Source: an uncultured Alphaproteobacteria bacterium (GTDB lineage Bacteria > Pseudomonadota > Alphaproteobacteria > Rhizobiales > Beijerinckiaceae). From it: a stretch of 64,000 bases of DNA. Shown here in pieces: positions 57,197 to 64,000 of the stretch (the first letter of the stretch is position 1; each line of letters opens with the position of its first letter). The position numbers were made by a program, and so were the translations under genes. The stretch spans positions 229,073 to 293,072 of the forward strand of contig CAVQVS010000013.1 in the NCBI GenBank assembly GCA_963717215.1. The letters are read 5' to 3'. The notes beneath the pieces were generated by a model. The model saw nothing but the letters and a program-made list of their open reading frames with translations, did not search any database and was not told where the DNA came from.

Positions 57197-57457
57197 TCAA
57201 GCCTTGGCGCCGGTCCAGTCCCTTAAACGGCTCATGAGCAGGAACGAAGCAGCGTCCTTCGAATCGGCCAGATAGTCGTGCGCGGCGCGTGAGAGGCGCT
57301 CGACCAACGATTTTTTGTAACCCTTGTCGCCAGGCTCGAGCGGGATCGTGGTGACGATCACAAGCACGCGCTGCTCGGCGCCGTCGTGCGTTCTCGCGGT
57401 CCACACTTTGGAGGCCCTGGCGAGGGGATGAGAGAATGCCATTAACAATTGCCCCAT
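57197..57457 (-). CDS. Hypothetical 81-86-aa protein
   Basis: ORF only; coding-like GC3. Confidence 0.3.
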   Translation of the reverse strand: MGQLLMAFSHPLARASKVWTARTHDGAEQRVLVIVTTIPLEPGDKGYKKSLVERLSRAAHDYLADSKDAASFLLMSRLRDWTGAKA

Positions 57458-57556
57458 GGATGATACCCGGAGGTAAGGGATCAGCGCCCGGGAGGCGCGT
57501 CAAGCCCCTAGCATCAAATGCGCGCGCCGACCTCATTCCGTCGAAAGATCGCCTGC

Positions 57557-57823
57557 CTATCGCCTGGAATCGAGCAGCCGTAGCACAAGCCATACGGGAA
57601 CGACCACCATCGCCCCGGTCAGCAGGATCCGCCCGACCTCGTGGATGTCGCTGAACCCGAGCTCGACGATCTGTCCCACGGTGCGCACGGCTTCGGCCAA
57701 CAGAGTCGACGGGTCGAAGCCGAACGTCTCGAGAACGATCCCGACGACAAACGAGACGACGATCAGCCGAAATGAGACCATCGCCGGCGAGCCGCCGAGG
57801 AACCGGCCGACGGCGTTGGTCAT
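57557..57823 (-). CDS. Small two- to three-TM membrane protein, unknown
   Basis: Hydrophobic ORF upstream of the clpB-side cluster. Confidence 0.4.
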   Translation of the reverse strand: MTNAVGRFLGGSPAMVSFRLIVVSFVVGIVLETFGFDPSTLLAEAVRTVGQIVELGFSDIHEVGRILLTGAMVVVPVWLVLRLLDSRR

Positions 57824-57921
57824 CCCAAGAGACTCCGACCCTCGGACCGACCCGCCGCCTGCCGGCGACCAGGGCCGCGGGCAGGAAGCTCCAATTTTGG
57901 ACCGTAGACGGGCCTCATCGA

Positions 57922-60567
<2,646 letters not shown>

Positions 60568-60750
60568 CGTCTACCCCTTCGGCGCAAGGCCCGCGTCCCG
60601 AAGCAACGTGAGCCAGCCCATACAACAGGATTGCCGCGATTTCGCGGCCTGATCGTAATGTAGGAGCCGCTTGGCGCGGGCGGAAGGGCGCAAAAGCGCT
60701 TTAACGCCGAACAATGAAAGGCGGCCTTGACGGATATCAATTCCTGCCCT

Positions 60751-60975
60751 TCAGCGGGACGAGCGCTTCAAAAACTCCTGCAGCCAGTCGGCGTTCATGC
60801 CGGCGATCGGCAGCCAAGCCTTGAACAGAGCTTCCGGAGAAAAGCGCTCGAGTTCGGCCATCATGCGCTTTTCGATCTCCGCCATGGCCGCCTTCTGCAT
60901 GGGCTCCACGTCCGGCAATCCCATGAACTGACGCGCCTCGAGAGGGGTGCAGTCCACATCGACGGTGATCTTCAT
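60751..60975 (-). CDS. Small conserved-looking hypothetical protein
   Basis: MKITVDVDCTPLEARQFMGLPDVEPMQKAAMAEIEKRMM...; ORF only. Confidence 0.4.
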   Translation of the reverse strand: MKITVDVDCTPLEARQFMGLPDVEPMQKAAMAEIEKRMMAELERFSPEALFKAWLPIAGMNADWLQEFLKRSSR

Positions 60976-61079
60976 CGGGCGCGGCTCTCCCTTTTCCAAG
61001 GCTAAGCGGGATGACTTGGCGCGTCACGGCGCGTATTGAAGCCCCTTTCGCGCTCTAAGGCCCGGACTATTGCAGGTCT

Positions 61080-61844
61080 TTGCACAGTGAGCCAGTCTTG
61101 AGCGGGCCCAAAGCCTTCATTCTCCATTTGGAGCGCGCGCGTTCGCGCGCGGCCACCGTCCAGTCGCTACGCGCCGGCATGGCCATCGAGAGCGAGGTCC
61201 TGGCGGCGATCGACGGGGCGCGCCTCACGCCACAGGAGGTCGACCAGGCTTACGCCCGGCGGCGTTTCCGCCCCACCTATCCATTCCCTCTGACGAGGAC
61301 CGAAGTCGGCGTGTTCCTCAGCCACCGCCTGGCCTGGCGGCGGATCGTCGATGACGCGCTCGACTTCGCCTTCATCTTCGAGGACGACGCTGAGATCGAC
61401 CCTGCTGCGTTCGCGGCGCTGGCCGGGTTCGTGACCCTCGAACGGCAAGTTTGGGACTATGTGCTGCTGCCGGCTCAGCCGATCCGGAACGGGACGCCGG
61501 TCGCGAGCCGCGGCGGGTTCACGCTCATGCGCCCCGCGGCGCCCCCCTTGCGAGCGATCGCGCAGATCGTCTCGCTTGCAGCGGCCAAGCGGCTCCTCGA
61601 GCGCACCTTGCCCTTCGACCGCCCCATCGACACGACGCTGCAAATGACCTGGGTCACCCGCCAGCCGGTGCTGGTCGCCTCGCCCTCGCCGGTCCGCGAC
61701 GTGTCGCGCGAGACCGGCGGCAGCACCGTCCAGCGCAAGTCGATGAGCCTGGTGGAACGCCTCCGCCACGAGGCGATGCGCCCGATCTATCGCGCGCAAG
61801 TGCTCGCCCGCTATCGGCGGGATCTGGGGGAAAGTTCGCGCTAG
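61080..61844 (+). CDS. Glycosyltransferase family 25 (LPS/LOS biosynthesis type)
   Basis: FILHLERARSR..., TRTEVGVFLSHRLAWRRI, FIFEDDAEI. The start is uncertain (TTG). Confidence 0.75.
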   Translation: MHSEPVLSGPKAFILHLERARSRAATVQSLRAGMAIESEVLAAIDGARLTPQEVDQAYARRRFRPTYPFPLTRTEVGVFLSHRLAWRRIVDDALDFAFIFEDDAEIDPAAFAALAGFVTLERQVWDYVLLPAQPIRNGTPVASRGGFTLMRPAAPPLRAIAQIVSLAAAKRLLERTLPFDRPIDTTLQMTWVTRQPVLVASPSPVRDVSRETGGSTVQRKSMSLVERLRHEAMRPIYRAQVLARYRRDLGESSR

Positions 61845-61862
61845 CGTGAGGGCGCCCGCGGG

Positions 61863-64000
61863 TCAGGCGGCCGCCGCCCCCATCAGTTTCCGCGCCGCGG
61901 CGGCGCTCATGGGCTGGCCGAAGGCCGACCCTTGGGCGAATTGGCAGCCAAGCTGGGCAAGCTCCACGGCGTCGGATTCCGTCTCAGCTCCCTCGGAGAT
62001 GACGTCCATGCCGATCTCCTGCGCCATGGCCACGATCGAACGCAGGATCGGCGACCGTGCGCCAAAGGCATTGGGTCTGACCAGCGAGGCGTCGATCCGC
62101 ATCGCGTCGAAACGGTACTCCGGCAGATGACCGAGCGAGGTGTAGCCGGCGCCGAACCGGTCGAGCATGAGCGCCGCGCCGATTTCGCGCACCCGCTGCA
62201 GGAGGGCCGCGGCGTATTCCGGATTCTCCATCACCAGGCTCTCGGCAGCGGCAAGCTTGAGCGAGCCGCGCTGGACGTAATGACGGCCAAGCGCGGAGCG
62301 CACGTCGAGCAGGAGGTCGTGGCTGAGCATTTGGCGTGAGAAGGCTGCGACGGTCGCGAAGATGGGCGGATTGACCTCGAGCGCCTTCTGCCACGCAGCG
62401 AGTTCCCGCGCGGTCGACTCGAGAGCGTAGGCGCCGATGTCGACGATTGCGCCGGTCGAACTCGGCGGCCTGCAGGAACTCATCGTCGCCGAGAACTCCA
62501 AGCCTCGGATGGCGCCAGCGGATGAGGGACTGGAATCCGGCGACCGTGCGATCTTCGAGGCGCACGATGGGCCGGTAGAGAATCGAGATCTCGCCGCGCT
62601 CGAGCGCACGCCGCACGTCGTTGCCCAGCGTCTGCCGATCCGTGCGATGGAGGCGCATGTTGGGGGCGAATATCTCCACCCGGTCACCGCCGGCCTTCTT
62701 GGCGTTGGCGAGTGCGAGCTGAGCGTCAGCAAGAAGATCGCCGCCTTTGTCGTGGAGCTTCGGATTGTAGTGCGCCGCGCCGATCGACACCGACAGAGTG
62801 ATTTCCCGCTCGCCAAAGCTGATCGGCGAGGCGAGCACGGCGCGCAAGGCGTCGATCCTGGCGGGCGCATCCATCGAGCCCGGTTCGGCGAGGACGATTG
62901 CGCCGAACATGTCGCCGCCCAAACGGGCTAGCGTATCGCCGGGGTGTAAATCTCGCGACAGGCGCCGCGCCACCGCCAAAAGAGCCGAGTCTCCGATCGA
63001 CAGCCCATAGGAATCGTTGACCGCGCGGAATTCGTCGACATCGATCACCATCACCGTCGGCGCACCGGCGCCAGGCTTCTGCGCCAGGAGAATGGCCGCG
63101 CTCAGGCGATCGGTGAAAAGCTCGCGGTTGGGAAGGCCGGTCAGATTGTCGTGAATCGCATCATGGAGCATGCGCTCTTCGGCCGACTTGAGTTCGGTCA
63201 CGTCCGAGAGCGAGCCGATCACCCGCACCACCTCGCCGTCGGCGCTTATGACCGGCCGGGCTTTGAGAACGTACCAGAAATAATGTCCGTCCGATCCGCG
63301 GAGGCGGAGATCGTGATTGATCCGGCCCGAGCGCTGATGCAGGAGCCCGTCCAGCGCGAGCGTGTAACGGTCGCGATCGAGAGGATGCAGCACGTCGAGC
63401 CAGCCAGCCGCCGGCCCCTCGAGCGCGCCACGCTTGAGGCCGAGCTGGCTCTCGATCGCCTCGCTGCCGTTCACTTCGTCGGTCAAGACGTTCCAATCGA
63501 AAATCGCTTCCCCCGAGCCAGTCATGGCGAGCGATCGTCGCTCGGCGTTGGGGCCGCTGTCCATTGCGCCGGTGGAGCCGGAAAAGGCGAATTGCATCAC
63601 GGTAAAGCCGATCAACATGACGATCAGCACCAGGCCGCCGACGAGTTCCGGCGCCGCGAGGTCATTAGTCAGATAACCGAGCGCTGCCGCGCCCGCGGCC
63701 ACCACCCAGACCGCGAGCAAATACCAGGTCGGGATCAGCATCACGGCGCGGTCGGATCCGCGCGCCGCGAGGCTCAGGATGAGCAGGAATCCAATGCCTG
63801 CGACGGTGGCGATGGAGATCCTCGCCACGCCCGCGGCGACCGCCGGATTGTATACCGAGAGCCCGACCACGGCCCCCATCAGCACGAGCCAGGCAAACGC
63901 AAAATGGGTGTAGCGCACATGCCATCTGCGCAGATTGAGGTAGGCGAACAGGAAGATGATCAGTGTCGCCCCAATCGTCGCCTCGACCCCGGCGCGCCAG
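61863..64000 (-). pseudogene. Membrane-anchored PAS-GGDEF-EAL signalling protein, N-terminus off-window, frame broken once
   Basis: TM region, then PAS, then GGDEF (RLGGDMFGAI), then the EAL start (ILYRPIV) in ORF 61984..63918. The rest of the EAL domain (LMLDRFGAGYTSLGHL, ISEGAETE, QGSAFGQP) is in ORF 61863..62870. The switch is at plus-strand GAACTC 62458-62463. The frame stays open to 64000. Confidence 0.85.

Noticed and set aside
60568-60750. RpoH (sigma-32) type promoter upstream of clpB
   Set aside because: I found only a loose CCTACAT -10-like string with no convincing CTTG -35 element at the correct spacing. It is not reported.

Overview
High-GC alphaproteobacterial chromosome (Hyphomicrobiales-like gene content), mostly housekeeping and stress genes. 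Two separated pieces of a photosynthesis gene cluster are present: crtD-crtC at the left edge and bchI-bchD-bchO-crtI-crtB at 43.6-50 kb. Other readable blocks are ribBX, PBP1A, dnaN, map-radC, gpt, hemC, clpB and efeUOB with two Irr-type ICE boxes. There is also a divergent ECF sigma/ChrR locus with CFA-synthase, DUF1365, DUF1295 and FAD-oxidoreductase genes (singlet-oxygen / furan-fatty-acid type), two PEP-CTERM proteins, and a tandem DUF1254/DUF1214 pair. Mobile DNA is limited to decayed IS630, IS3 and IS5 copies and an integrase stub, clustered at tRNA-Leu and tRNA-Gly. Main observations: (1) the tRNA-Leu(UAA) gene is split after U34 by a ~250-nt group I intron whose P1/P10 pairings and catalytic-core strings can be read directly. 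(2) A ~140-bp AT-rich element built from 10-bp TAAACGC-type units plus a hairpin and T-run occurs twice in inverted orientation (6.7 kb and 39.9 kb), each copy just 3' of a gene, bracketing 33 kb. (3) At least five genes are broken by single-base insertions, and four of these sit in the same context, GAGT[T]C, i.e. a GANTC (CcrM) site. This argues for systematic consensus error rather than true pseudogenes. (4) RibBX carries an N-terminal Cro-like HTH, with a perfect 9-bp inverted repeat on its start codon. (5) A radical-SAM gene is translationally coupled to dnaN. No CRISPR array, rRNA or recognisable defence system was seen. Start codons are often GTG/TTG and several are uncertain.
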